In this document: positions 12,767 to 24,277 of the stretch, piece by piece | Layout of the letters: each line of letters opens with the position of its first letter | Position numbering within the stretch: the stretch's first letter is position 1 | From: Eledone cirrhosa | Lineage: Eukaryota | NCBI GenBank assembly: GCA_964016885.1 | Contig: OZ024742.1 | Location: 287,122,001 to 287,186,000 of the forward strand | Length of the DNA: 64,000 nucleotides | Direction of reading: 5' to 3' | Notes under the pieces: model-generated | Database searches by the model: none | What the model was told of the DNA's origin: nothing | What the model saw: only the letters and a program-made list of their open reading frames with translations | Translations under genes and position numbers: made by a program

Positions 12767-15077
12767 TAATTAAAATAACAGATTAAAGTTTAAGCAAAGA
12801 ATCGCTGCTTTCACTCTTAATGGGATCTTCTGAAACATATATATATATATTCAATGTGGTCTACTCTTCGTACCTTAGATAGAACTCAATGTAATCTGAT
12901 AGCGAGTAATCCAGTGAAATCCATAGAAAGGTTCCATGTTCCGCTGAGTTAATTCCTTAAATATGGAGTCTGATATTAGATATTAATTTAACAATTAATT
13001 CAACTTAGTTATTTTCATTGTTAAATTAATATCTAATATATGTCCTTTCAATCTTTCTTATTTCTCATTCTTTCTTCTGATGAAGGACTAGCGTCCAAAA
13101 CGTTAAGACCCTCTTCCTGCTATTTCAAGTGTTAACCTAATATATTTCTTCCATATACTGTACCTATTGTGTTGTTATTTCTGATTACCTTTTACATACA
13201 TATATATATATATATGTATAATCATGATGATGATATACAGATGGTTTGTTTATATATATAAACTAAACAACCCATTTGATTGATTCAATACTTTGATATA
13301 TGTGCCATTTAATCATTCAAATTTGTTCTTTAGGTTCCCACAGTTGTATCTCACACAGAATTCTGGCATCGTTATTTTTACAAAATCCACCAACTCCAGC
13401 AAGATGAAGCCAGAAAGTTAGCTTTAATGAAAAGGGCAGATGAATGCAAGGACGACGCCTTCTCTTGGGATGATGGTGAGAAATATATACTATTTACACA
13501 ATCTTTTACATACACACACACACAGATATATATACGCACATACACTAAGGCTCACAGAGAAGATGACGAAGGTACATGGTGAGTGGAGAGATGCTGTGCT
13601 GAGAAGCAACTGTCCAACTCATACAAGCATGGAAAAACAGATGTAAAAATGATAATAATACACACACACACACACATGTGTGTATATCATCACCATCATT
13701 TAGCACCTTGCTAGCATATGTATGTTAAACATCTATTTTCCATGTTTGCATCAGTTAGACAGGTTGTCACAATCTAAGGCTTAACAAGTCATGTGACCAT
13801 ATCTTCTTCATACATTCCATTTTGGGTATTTGTTCCAGCTCTCTGCTCTCTGAGTTCAAATCGCACCAAGGTCAACTTTGCCTTTCATCCTTTCGAGGTC
13901 GATAAAAAAAAAAGTACCAGTCTAGTACTGGGGTTGACTCTTCCTCTATATCTCTTTCTCATTTCCTCTCCCTCACTTTCTATCTTTCTCTGCAAGAAAT
14001 CTGCTGTACTCAGGCCTGGAGAGGGATGAACTCTGCCAGGCTTAAAATGCCCAAGAAATGCTGTATTGACATACAGCGCTTCTACGACTCTATTAGGAGT
14101 TATGGGACCATGCCATGCCATATATATATACTCTTTTACTCTTTTACCTGTTCCAGCCATCCAGCTGAAGCTATGTTGGGGCACTATATATATATACTAA
14201 CTGGCAAGGAAAAATGATATATAAACACACATACATACATATTAACTACTACTAAATGTATCTCTTCTTTGTGATAAAACCTTTCCATCTCACACGATCC
14301 AACATTAACTGCTTCAGTTCTTCACCAAATAATTCTGTATCTTCCTCAATGACTCTCTTTAATATTTTGAGAAGTCTTCCGTGTTTGTGCTTCCCATTAG
14401 TGGGCTCCCATAGTAAAAGTTCTGTAGCAGGTTCGTTGTTCTCTCATGACATGATGGTATGGCAAATGGGCAGAAGGTTACTGTAGAGAATATTTTTTGT
14501 TAAACATGCCCCCCCCCCCCCCACATATATATATATATAATGGAGGCACATGGCTTAGTGGTTAGAGCATTGTCCTTGCAATCGAAAGGTTGTGAGTTCA
14601 ATTCTCAGACCGGGTGATGTGTTGTTTCCTTGAGCAAGAGACTTTATTCCACATTGCTCCAGTTTACTCAGCTGTAGAAATGAGATGATAGGGACTGGGG
14701 TCTCTATCATTCCACTGCAAAGTGGTCGTGGAGGTGCCACGGCAAAAAAGCACCCAGCACTCACTGTAAATGAGGTTGGTGTTAGGAAGGGCATCCAGCT
14801 GTAGAAATCATGCCAGAATCAGTTCCCGTCCCACCCTTGCAAGCAGGGAAAAGCGGACGTAAAATGAAATGATGAAATGATGATGATATATATATGCAAA
14901 AGGCAAACAGAAATAGCAAAGCAAACGACACAGTATAATGAAGAAATATATTATTTGTTTTACACTTGATATAGAAGGAAAAGAGCCTTAACATTTCGGA
15001 CGCTAGTCCTTCATCAGAAAATAGAATGAGAAATTAAAGAAGAAATAGAAAGATTGAAGGGACACACACACACACAT

Positions 15078-15133
<56 letters not shown>

Positions 15134-18100
15134 GTGTGAAAACCAGGAAAACTTGAAATCAGGACAGTACTTGATGCATGATAAAATGCAAAGTAGGTAT
15201 ATTGCTGTTTCAGCCAAAATACAGCAAGATGTGGGTCACCTGACCTGACTTATCTCATAATGTTACAATCAGTCTAACCCATGCAAGTGTGGGAAAATAG
15301 ACGTTAAATGGTGATGACTGCGACTTCTTTCCTTTCTGTCTAACTGGAAATTGTTTTGTTTTAAGATATGTTTAATTCATGGTCTTTCTATTGGATATTT
15401 ACTAATTTAACTTACTTTCAATATTATTGTTTTAGCCTTAACTTAATAACCAAACCATAATAAACAATTGTATTTTAGTATAGTTTAATTTATGTCAAAG
15501 AAACATTGAGTTAGGGTTGGGGATATCAAAATATCAACTAGACCTAAAGTATTGTCATTTAAAAAAAATAGGATAATAGTTAATAATAAATTACTTTTTC
15601 ACTTGATGATATCAAATTTATTGACTTGATTTAATTCGTAATTCTGCTGTTAGATGAAGATTGGAGTGCAGATGAAGAGACAGAAGTTATCAACCATTCA
15701 ACTCTTGCCGAACTAGTTGACAACATTGATGAAGACGCTAACAGAAATCAAACAGAAGAAACAGACTTAGTTGCTGCCTCAGTAGCAGAACCAAAGAAAT
15801 ATGATGAAGAGGAGGAAGAGATGGTGTTTCGTAAAGCTGTGACTGTAGAAGAAGAAGTAGGTGCAGCCAGAACTGTACCGGAAGATCCTGTTATTACTCC
15901 TATGGAAGAAAGTGTAGCTGAACTTCAGGTGGAAATAGAAGGTTTGACGAGTGTCACCCCATGTTTGGTCACCAACTCTGATGATACACTTCATCAGCTT
16001 CAAGATATATTTACCACAAGCACCTTTGTCAACTCAGGTATATTCTTATGATTCACTGCATGCAAAGCAAATACCACAAGGTGTTTTTATTTGAAAGAAC
16101 CTGTCTGTCAGTTTTCTTGCTAATGTCTACGTCTTTTGCCTGTATACATCATTGAAAGATACACACACATTCACACACTCACACACACACACACACACAC
16201 ACATGTGTATGTGTGTATATATATATATATGTCTATACATGAGAGGATATATTTATTCACTTTGCTTATATATATATATATTCAAAACATGGGACAAAGA
16301 CAATGGAAAAAAACAACAGACAAACAGACGGTCCCATCTCGGTCAACCTTTGGAAATCACTACAGTCCCAGTGCATTAAGGTTGATACCATTCAATCCAG
16401 TTCACATTGATTTAACAAAACAGGTAGAGACAAAGGCAGGACAATTTATGCCCTTTGGCAAGTTATACAAATAAAGATGATAAAGTATCCCGAGTGCCTC
16501 AACTGACAAAGAATGGTGCTCGAGGGCCTGACCAAAGGAGAAAAAATATATATGTATGGACCCATAACTCTTGATGGAGTCACAGAGGCACTGTAGTGAC
16601 ATACAGAGTGTCTTAAGCCTTATTAAACCTGGTGACGACCATCTCCTTTCCAGGTTTGAACACAGCTTATTTCTTCCAGAGAGGAATTGAGAAAGAGACA
16701 TAGAGGAAGAATCAACCCTAATATTGGACTGACCTTTTTTTATCTACCTAGAAAGAATGGAAGGCAAAGGTGAAGGCATATGGCTTAGTGGTTAGGGTGT
16801 TCAACTCAGGTGAGTTTGATTCCTAACAGTGCATTGTGTCTTTGAGCAAGACACTTTATTTCATGTTGCTTCAGTCCACTCAGCTAACAGAATTGAGTTG
16901 TACCTGTAATTAGAAGGGCCAGCCTTGTTATGCTGAATCTTCCTGTTAATGATGCACATGTCTGTGGAATGCTCAGCCACTTGCATATTAATTTCACGAG
17001 CTGGCTGTTTTGTTATTTGAACAACTGAAATGTTTGTATCAGAACTGATGTTGGTCCAACACACACACACACACACAGGCAGACACACAGAAATACACAC
17101 ACAGGCACTCTCACACACACACATATGTCATCACCAACATCATTTAATGTTTGTTTTTCAAAGCTAGTATAGGTTGGATGGGTTGTCACTGACCAACTCA
17201 GTACTTACTCAGAGCTACTGACCTTTCAGCTAAGCTGCAGGACCTCATCTCACATCTGTTTCAGAATTTTACAGAGTCTATTGGGTGTATTTTATCAGAG
17301 CCACTTATTAAAGTACAGTTTTGACCTTAAAACTTAAACAGCTTTTATAGAGAACTTCATCAGTGTGTAGTTTCCTATTTGAATGCAGGTGAAATTTAGT
17401 AATAGCTCGGGGGTTTAACCCTGTGATGGACTGGCATCCTGTCATGGGAAAGTTGTGCACTCTGTCATTTAATGCCATGGAAACCAGGATAAGCACCAAC
17501 CTGATGTGCCTCTGGGCTTAAGACAGACTAAACTTTTCTTTCTCTCTCTCATCGTTTATTTCACTAGCTGTGTAGAAATTTTTAAAATATAAAAATGGCG
17601 CATAAAGGAAAAAAGTATGATACATTATTTACAAAGAAGAGAATAAAAGGTTCTTAGGAATGGGATGAAGTGGATCATTATTGAGAATGTACTAATCAGG
17701 CTAGTGAGGCCATCGAGAAGGATTATAGTAAAAAAACTATCATCCTTTTCATGACAGCCTGTAAAAGGAGCACTTTATGCAAAGTCTTTTTTTATTCTAT
17801 TTACCAATTTTGAAATTTTTTTCTTAATGTTACTAAAAATGTTAGGTTCCCATACTTGGTTTAGATTATATATTATAGTTGTGTTTGTATTCTTTACTCA
17901 GCAGTTCTTAAATTTCTATCTGTTCTGTGAAGTTTTTACTTCAAACTAATATATAAATGAACTAAAAGAATTGCCTCAATTCCATTCTAGATTCTTCAAT
18001 GAACGACACACTATCAGTGATGAAACCATTAACTGAAGTTTCTGAATCAAACCTACTTGAGCTGGAGGGAAGTAGTAATCATTCTAATGTGGAATATACT

Positions 18101-21100
18101 GTCGAAGACAGCAAGAAAACTGCTGTGACAAGCAGCAGTAAACAAAATGACCATGTTGTGCTTGAAGATCATCACTATGACGTTAGTAGCATGCAGGTGA
18201 ATTCTAGCGTGAACTGTGAATGGAAGAGTTTATCTGAGAGCCCTCCTTCAATAATGGACTCTTTTAATAAATCTAACGAACTAAAAACAACTTGTAAAGG
18301 GGACATGGTAGTTGTTGGTTCTCTTGCTGGTTCACCAAGCTCGGATGCAAGTGATATAATAAAAGGTAATATAGTTAACATGTTTTTGATTAACCTTTTT
18401 GATACCAAACCACATGAAACAGCATTCCCCCACCCCCCGTTTCTATGATACAAAGCCATATATTTTAAAATGTTTATCTTTTTTCTGGGCCCACATATTG
18501 ACTGTAGAAATGGGTGAAGTCTCGGTTTTCCCTCCAAGTCTTCATTAAATATTTTATTGTATAATAAGTTGATTATCTTCATAAGGTTTTTAAAGAACTG
18601 AAATAATTGATGAGCAATGGAATTAATATAGTTATCTCAGATATTTCTTAACTTTGGTCACAAGCTCTTCTTCTTTGGCCACTTATTCCAGAGTCGTGTA
18701 AGCAGAGTCCTCAAACACTCTTTCCAGCAGGTCCTGTCAGAAGCCACCATCTCCAACTGATCCGGCTGGATCCCATCCTCAAGCGAGACCAGCAGAGTTC
18801 ATGGATGTTATCCAACCATCTTGCTCAGGGTCTACTTATGGGTCTCCTGTTGGTTGGTTTTGCCCATAAAATTCTGTCCAGCAATTCTTTCCTGAGACTA
18901 AAAATAATGAAGGAGGTTATCATGAGGTTCACAAGCTCATCTTCCCTGCTTTAGGGAAGCGGATGACACTAAAACACTTGTCATTGTATAACTTTCAATA
19001 TTATTACATATTGTTTTGGGTGGATTGGCAGAATTGGTAGAGGGTTGGACATGCTTTCCAGCATAGTTACGTCCCTTTACGATCTGAGTTCAAATCCCGC
19101 CAAGGTTAACTTTGCCTTTCATCCTTACGAGGTCAATAAAATAAAGTACCAGTAATGTACTGGGTAATTGCTGGCCTTGTGCCGAAAGTAGAAACAATTA
19201 TTACATATTGTTTAAATATATGTAATATATATTCCAGATTATAACTAAATATTAATATATTAACAACAGGTCAGCTTCTAGTAATAATTAAATATTAATA
19301 TAACAGGTTAGCTTCTAGGAATAACTAAATATTAATATGGAGGCACATGACTTAGTGGTTAGAGCATTGGGCTTGCAATCGGAAAGGTGTGAGTTTGATT
19401 CTAGGACTGGGTGATGTGTTGTGTCCAGTTTCATGTTGTTCCAGTTTACTCATCATCATCATTTTTACGTCCGCTTTTCCCTGCTTACAAGGGTGGGATG
19501 GGAACTGATTCTGGCTTGATTTCTACAGCTGGATGCCCTTCCTAACACCAACCTCATTTACAGTTAGTGCTGGGTGCTTTTTTGCCGTGGCACCTCCACG
19601 ACCACTTCACAGTGGAATGATAAGGACCCCAGTCCTATCATCTCATTTCTACAGCTGAGTAAACTGGAGCAATGTGAAATAAAGTGTATTGCTCAAGGAA
19701 ACAACACATCACCCGGTCTGAGGATTGCAAGGCCAATGCTCTAACCACTAAGCCATGTGCCTCCATATTAATATTTAGTTATTCCTAGAAGCTGACCTGT
19801 TGTTATATTAATATTTAGTTATTACTAGAAGCTGACCTGTTAACATTTAGATATTACTAGGGCTGTTAATATATTGTTAATATTTAATTATTACTAGAAG
19901 CTGACCTGTTGTTAATATTTAGTTATTAATAGAAGCTGACCTGTTAATATATCAATATTTAGTTATTACTAGAAGCTGACCTGTTAATATATTGTTAATA
20001 TATTTAGATATTATTAGAAGCTGACCTGTTGTTAATATATTGTTAATATTTAATTATTACTAGAAGCTGACCTGTTCTTAATATATTAATATTTAGTTAT
20101 TACTAGTTCTCGTCCCACCCTTGCAAGCAGGGAAAAGTGGACGTAAAATGATGATGATTATGATGATGATTAGGGCTGACCTGTTAATATATTGTTAATA
20201 TTTAATTATTACTAGAAGCTGACCTGTTGTTAATATATTAATAATTAATTATTACTAGAAGCTGTCCTGGTGTTAATATATTGTTAATATTTAGATATTA
20301 CTAGAAGCTATCCAAATGTTAATATATTGTTAATATTTAGTTATTACTAGAAGCTGAGCTGTTGTTAATATATTGTTAATATTTAGATTTTACTAGAAGC
20401 TATCCTGTTGTTAATATTTAGTTATTACTAGAAGCTATCCTGTTGTTAATATATTGTTAATATTTAGATTTTACTAGAAGCTATCCTGTTGTTAATATTT
20501 AGTTATTACTAGAAGCTATCCTGTTGTTAATATATTGTTAATATTTAGTTATTACTAGAAGCTATCCTGTTGTTAATATATTGTTAATATTTAGATATTA
20601 CAAGCAGCTATCCTGTTGTTAATATATTGTTAATATTTAGATATTACTAGAAGCTGACCTGTTGTTAATATATTGTTAATATTTAGATATTACTAGAAGC
20701 TATCCTGATGTTAATGTATTGTTAATATTTAGATATTACAAGCAGCTGTCCTGATGATGAGTGGGAACAAGACTTTGCTGTGGATATTACAGAAGAAGAT
20801 CTAAAAAATGCTCAAGAGGCTCTGAAACGACTTTCAACAACTCCATTAAAAGAGGTCTACAGAACTGTAGGAGATATTGAGGTATTCTATTGTTTCTCTC
20901 TCATCATCATCCCATTGTACTGTCAAAGTACAGTTAACCCTTTTCTTAAAATACAGCCTGAAACTGTCTCTGGTTTTTTTCGTACAAATTTGCTTATTTT
21001 TAAAGTTTCATATTTATATTAATACATTATATTAAAATCATATTCAAGGCGGCAAGTTGGCAGAATCGATAGAATGTCGGATAGAGTGCTTTGCAATATT

Positions 21101-23453
21101 TGTTCAGGCTCTCTGTGAAGGTCAACTTTGCCTTTCATCCATTCAAAGTCGATAAAAAACAAAAGTACCAGTCTAGTACTGGGGTTGATTTTTTTTCCTC
21201 TATATCTCTTTCGCATTTCCTTTCTCTCACTCTCTATCCTTCTCTGGAAGAAATCTGCTGTATTCAGACCTGGAGAGGAGATGGGCTCTGCTAAGTTAAA
21301 AAATACCCTAGAAACTTTGTATGTCAATGTGGCACCCCTATGACTCCCTCAGGAGTTGCGGATTCATAGCATATCACACCATTGTAATTTTAAAGAGATT
21401 TTTTTTCCTTGAAATTTTTACTAATGAAATAGTTTTATTAAATTCATCTAAATTTTTAAACATTATTTTCCAAATTAATTAAAACACTGGCAGTATATAT
21501 GTGACAAAAGGGTTAATCTTTTCTATTTTACTCAACATTTCCTAACCAAAGTATAGATTATGCTACAAATTTTGATTTTGGGAAACATATTGTTGTCATA
21601 AATGACTGAGATGGGGAATATTTTGGTAAAAGATGATTGCATATTCACTTAAACATTTTGACATCAACATATCCAAAACTGGCTCTGAAATAAAATATTC
21701 CAACATAATGGAGGCATATGGCCTAGTGGTAAGGGTATTGGAGTTATGATTATAATGTTGTGGGTTTGATTCCTGGACTGGGCTGTGTGTTGTGTTCTTG
21801 AGCAAAACACTTCATTTCACGTTGCTGAAAATGAGTACTAGCAATAGCTGAGGGTCTTGTACTCTCAGTCGCTTCACATCACAGAAACTGGGATAAGCAC
21901 TGGCCTGATGAGCCTCTAGGCTCGAGACAGACTACACTTTTTAGAACATAATTTGGTATAAGACCTGTATATTTGGTTATTTTACAAATATCTTTAAAAA
22001 AATTTTTTTAGTAAATAAATCTCTTCAAATTTTTCATTAATTAATTCAAATACAGTATACTTTGTTAGAGATATGGTAACGGAATGGTTAATAAACTTTT
22101 CTGGTATTGTATTTAAATCATTAGTTGTGTGATGACATTTTTAATAACCTGAAGTCAAAATATTGCAAATGTTAGGCCTAAATATCAAACATCCATTTAA
22201 ATATATTTTAAAATTAGTTTCTGTTCTGGCCATATAGGTTTCTTCCATTTGTTAGAGTAATTTAGAACAATGATTAGAGGGGGCCTATTGTAAGAGGTTG
22301 CTAAACAGATTGGTGCAAGGAAGGGCATTCAGCTGGAAAACATTGTCACAAAAAGGACCCCCATGACAAGTGTGAAGCTTTTTATGTGGCCCTGCAAAGC
22401 TACTCCCTGCTTTAACGGAAAAACAGGCTCAAAACACTTATTTTTTTAGTTATTTATTGAAGGTTAGGGAGCCACTGCTCGGAATGAAAGGCAGACTGTA
22501 TGATGCGTGCATATGAACAGCAATGTTACATGGTAGTGAGGCCTGGGTGCTGTGTGTAAGAAGACTTGCGTAGATTAGAAAGAAACAAAGCTTGCATGCT
22601 CCGATGGATGTGTAATAGTAATATATGCAAACGGCAAAACATAAACGAATTGAGAGAGACTGAGCATAAGAGGAATGTGTGCAGGAGGTTGCATTGGTAT
22701 GGACATGTGATGTGTATGAAGGATGACAGCTGCATAAAAAGGTGCAGAGCACTAGAAGTCGATGGAAGCCATGGAGTGGGGAAACCTGGGATGAGGTGAT
22801 AAAAGCCGACCATACCCAATTGCACCTCTCAAAGGTGATGACTCAGGACCGTGACCTCTGGTGTCACGCAGTAATACAGAAGACCCAACTTTCCACAGGA
22901 ACAAGCCAACGCTGAAGCATATAAACTATATGCTCCCAACCCCTCCCACTGCAAAGTGGTCGTGTCAGTGCCACAGAAAAAAAGCATCCAGCATTCAATG
23001 TAAATGAGGTTGGTGTTAGGAAGGCCATCCAGCTGTATAAATCAAGCCAAATCAGTTCCCGTATGAGCAAAGACAAGGTCACCCAACCTGGCACTGCCCA
23101 CAACAGGACAACCTGTCTAAACCATGCTAGCGTGGAAGAATGGATGTAAAACAGCAATGATGAATTAATATTGATCAGTCTAATGTTTATCCCTTTAGCA
23201 TTTAAACCGGCCAGAATTCTCTCACCTCCTTCAGTTCAAACTGGCCACTCATACTGATGTTAAGGTATTGTTCTCAAAATAAATCATATCAAAATCTTTA
23301 CCATAATAGTATATATAGAGTAATTGAAATTATTTGATATATTATTTTTCATAAAACTATTCTAATCTTTACTATCCAGTCTTGTTTATTGTACCAAAAT
23401 TAATACATTTTATTTTTATATTGCAGGAAGAAGACTGGGAGAGTTGGGAATGA
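4133..23453 (+). CDS. BSDC1: BSD domain-containing protein 1, 10 coding exons, about 526 aa
   Basis: Exons 4133-4143, 4281-4338, 7473-7589, 10816-10965, 11475-11642, 13334-13475, 15654-16037, 17991-18365, 20733-20881, 23427-23453; all GT-AG and phase-consistent (1581 nt). The translation MAESE..WFGGWIQSAKEKSSTAFEFVKRDLAEFT..ARLHAIQIDPGTYCN..ISELLV..IRALYTNLVPTVVSHTEFWHRYFYKIHQL..DEWEQDFAVDITEEDL..EEDWESWE* matches the recalled vertebrate BSDC1. Confidence 0.93.
4281..4338 (+). CDS. BSDC1: BSDC1 exon 2
   Basis: ttccag|T GAA CCT..; EPQTVNSWFGGWIQSAKEK|gtatgt. Confidence 0.88.
6445..6810. repeat. Minisatellite, unit about 38 bp
   Basis: About 9 copies of gtaatgacccatcaaaccccatgtctggtct.gcat. 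Confidence 0.85.
7473..7589 (+). CDS. BSDC1: BSDC1 exon 3
   Basis: tttgtag|SSTAFEFVKRDLAEFTNVIHSDTSKAVSMTKSTISENLK|gtaag. Confidence 0.92.
8796..10560 (-). mobile_element. Decayed hAT transposon (Buster/Charlie, ZBED5/SCAND3-like transposase)
   Basis: Frameshifted ORFs contain HFVIHRQHLAAK, LLLHTEVRWLSKG, AYLTDIF, QEEFIELQAD and LPFPSSYL. TIR-like CGCAGGTTCTCAACC at 8796 follows gtcTAaac, a Buster-type target. The other end was not found. Confidence 0.88.
10626..10805 (+). mobile_element. tRNA-derived SINE, family B
   Basis: tggcagtattggtag..gagttcaaatcccgcc.aggttaactttgcctttcatcct..gtagaaacaatta; homologous to copies at 19018 and 29535. Confidence 0.85.
10816..10965 (+). CDS. BSDC1: BSDC1 exon 4
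   Basis: ttttatag|AENAVVAKSKMQEGFSHLLHGISKALEV..VYDRAQ|gtact. Confidence 0.87.
11130..11467. repeat. Minisatellite of about 20-30 bp abutting the BSDC1 exon 5 acceptor
   Basis: Repeats of tctctgatatctatgttatacaactgtg. Confidence 0.85.
11475..11642 (+). CDS. BSDC1: BSDC1 exon 5 (start of BSD domain)
   Basis: tttcag|ARLHAIQIDPGTYCN..EKGSISELLVSNANIRALYTNL|gtaag. Confidence 0.93.
11760..12152. repeat. Minisatellite, unit about 28 bp
   Basis: Repeats of gggtcatatttagactatatttagtcca. Confidence 0.88.
13073..13108 (+). ncRNA. Minimal hammerhead ribozyme-like motif (core mutated) in a short repeat at about 13040-13200
   Basis: TCTT-CTGATGA-A-GGAC-tagc-GTCC-aAAAC-GTT-AAGA; the GAAA is changed to AAAA. 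Confidence 0.55.
13334..13475 (+). CDS. BSDC1: BSDC1 exon 6 (BSD domain FW-xx-YF motif)
   Basis: ctttag|VPTVVSHTEFWHRYFYKIHQLQQDEARKLALMKRA..FSWDD|gtgag. Confidence 0.95.
14541..14885 (+). mobile_element. Full-length tRNA-derived SINE, family A, with RTE-derived 3' tail
   Basis: A box tggcttagtggttagagc, B box gagttcaattc, core ccttgagcaaga.acttta, tail cccgtcccacccttgcaagcagggaaaagcggacgtaaaatg..(atg)n. Confidence 0.9.
14986..15021 (-). ncRNA. Minimal hammerhead ribozyme motif in a short repeat at about 14890-15065
   Basis: Minus strand reads TTTT-CTGATGA-A-GGAC-tagc-GTCC-GAAATGTT-AAGG; flanks are homologous to 13040-13200. Confidence 0.62.
15654..16037 (+). CDS. BSDC1: BSDC1 exon 7 (acidic linker)
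   Basis: gttag|(D)EDWSADEETEV..TSTFVNS|gtata; open for 384 nt, phase 1 to phase 1. Confidence 0.83.
17991..18365 (+). CDS. BSDC1: BSDC1 exon 8
   Basis: ttctag|(D)SSMNDTLSV..KGDMVVVGSLAGSPSSDASDIIK|gtaat; in frame with ORF 17999..18448. Confidence 0.83.
19018..19203 (+). mobile_element. tRNA-derived SINE, family B
   Basis: Near-identical to 29535-29725. Confidence 0.85.
19452..19765 (-). mobile_element. Full-length SINE family A (minus), with an inverted head copy at 19338-19452
   Basis: Reverse complement of 14541-14885. Confidence 0.9.
19766..20753. repeat. Minisatellite of about 46 bp overlapping the BSDC1 exon 9 acceptor
   Basis: Unit ttgttaatatattgttaatatttag(a/t)tattactagaagct(g/a)(a/t)cctg, about 20 copies; the last unit is the real intron/exon junction. 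Confidence 0.9.
20733..20881 (+). CDS. BSDC1: BSDC1 exon 9
   Basis: atttag|(D)ITSSCPDDEWEQDFAVDITEEDLKNAQEAL..GDIE|gtatt; conserved WEqDF..D.TEE motif. Confidence 0.87.
21047..21370 (+). mobile_element. SINE family B long variant, nested in a TTAA-CCCTTT..AAAGGG-TTAA element (about 20938-21512)
   Basis: aggtcaactttgcctttcatcc..aagtaccagtctagtactggggttga..; related copies at about 13830-14110, 38933-39240 and 16555-16770 (-). Confidence 0.7.
22460..23163 (+). mobile_element. 5'-truncated RTE LINE 3' end
   Basis: Encodes RRLERNKACMLRWMCNS..RLHWYGHVM, similar to 24639-25115; ends in a ..ggatgtaaaac..atgatg tail. Confidence 0.85.
23427..23453 (+). CDS. BSDC1: BSDC1 terminal coding exon
   Basis: ttgcag|EEDWESWE-TGA; AATAAA at about 23480 and 23862. 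Confidence 0.9.
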   Translation, partial: EEDWESWE

Positions 23454-24277
23454 AGCTGATTCAACTTAATGTATATAACAATAAATATACTATCTCTACT
23501 AGTGTTGCTTTTGTTATTGTTTGACTAAGTGGTTAATGAATATTACCTGCTAGGTAATATTTAGATTGCTACACATATATAAATCGGAATGACACCAGCC
23601 CATCTGAAGAAGGAGCCCCGTAAGGTGGGATTGCTGTTGCACTGGAAATGCCTCTGCTGTTTTGTCCATGATGAACTGCTGAAGCACTACTTTGACCTTG
23701 GTGTAGAGTCTGTCAGCTTCTCTTCCCCCTCCTTTTTCTCTCATTTATGACATTTATAGTTCTTTCCAATACTGCTTTCTTTTTCTGTATGTTTGACTAA
23801 ATATTAAATTCTTTATTATTTTTATGTAATTTTATGCTAGGAATATATTTGAGTATTTTGAAATAAAATAAAATATATACATTTATATTAATTATTAGTA
23901 CGGACAAGGTTTAAGCAATAAATTTGTGTGTATATAAATATATATATATATATATATAGACATATATTATATATGTGTATGTTTTTGTTCTGATGTGTGT
24001 GGGTGTGTGTGTATATTCTTATCCTTGTGTATATATGTGTATATGCGTATGTATATATATGTATGTGCTGATATTGCGTGGATATGATGATGATCATCAT
24101 CATTTTATGTCCGCTTTTCCTTGCTTGATGTAAAATGATGATATCCATGAACATATAGATATATATATGTATACGCACATACACATACATACACGCACAT
24201 ATATATGTGTATATGTGAGTGTGTATCATCATCATTTTACGTCCGCTATATATATCCATGCATATATATCCTTGTAC

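Noticed and set aside
14549-14625. tRNA gene
   Set aside because: The A/B boxes run straight into a SINE body and tail; no acceptor stem or cloverleaf. The same applies to the other SINE heads.
21900-21940. CTGATGAG-CCTCTAGG-CTCGAGAC as a hammerhead
   Set aside because: No GAAA box; it lies in the 3' body of a SINE (related to about 17490-17530).
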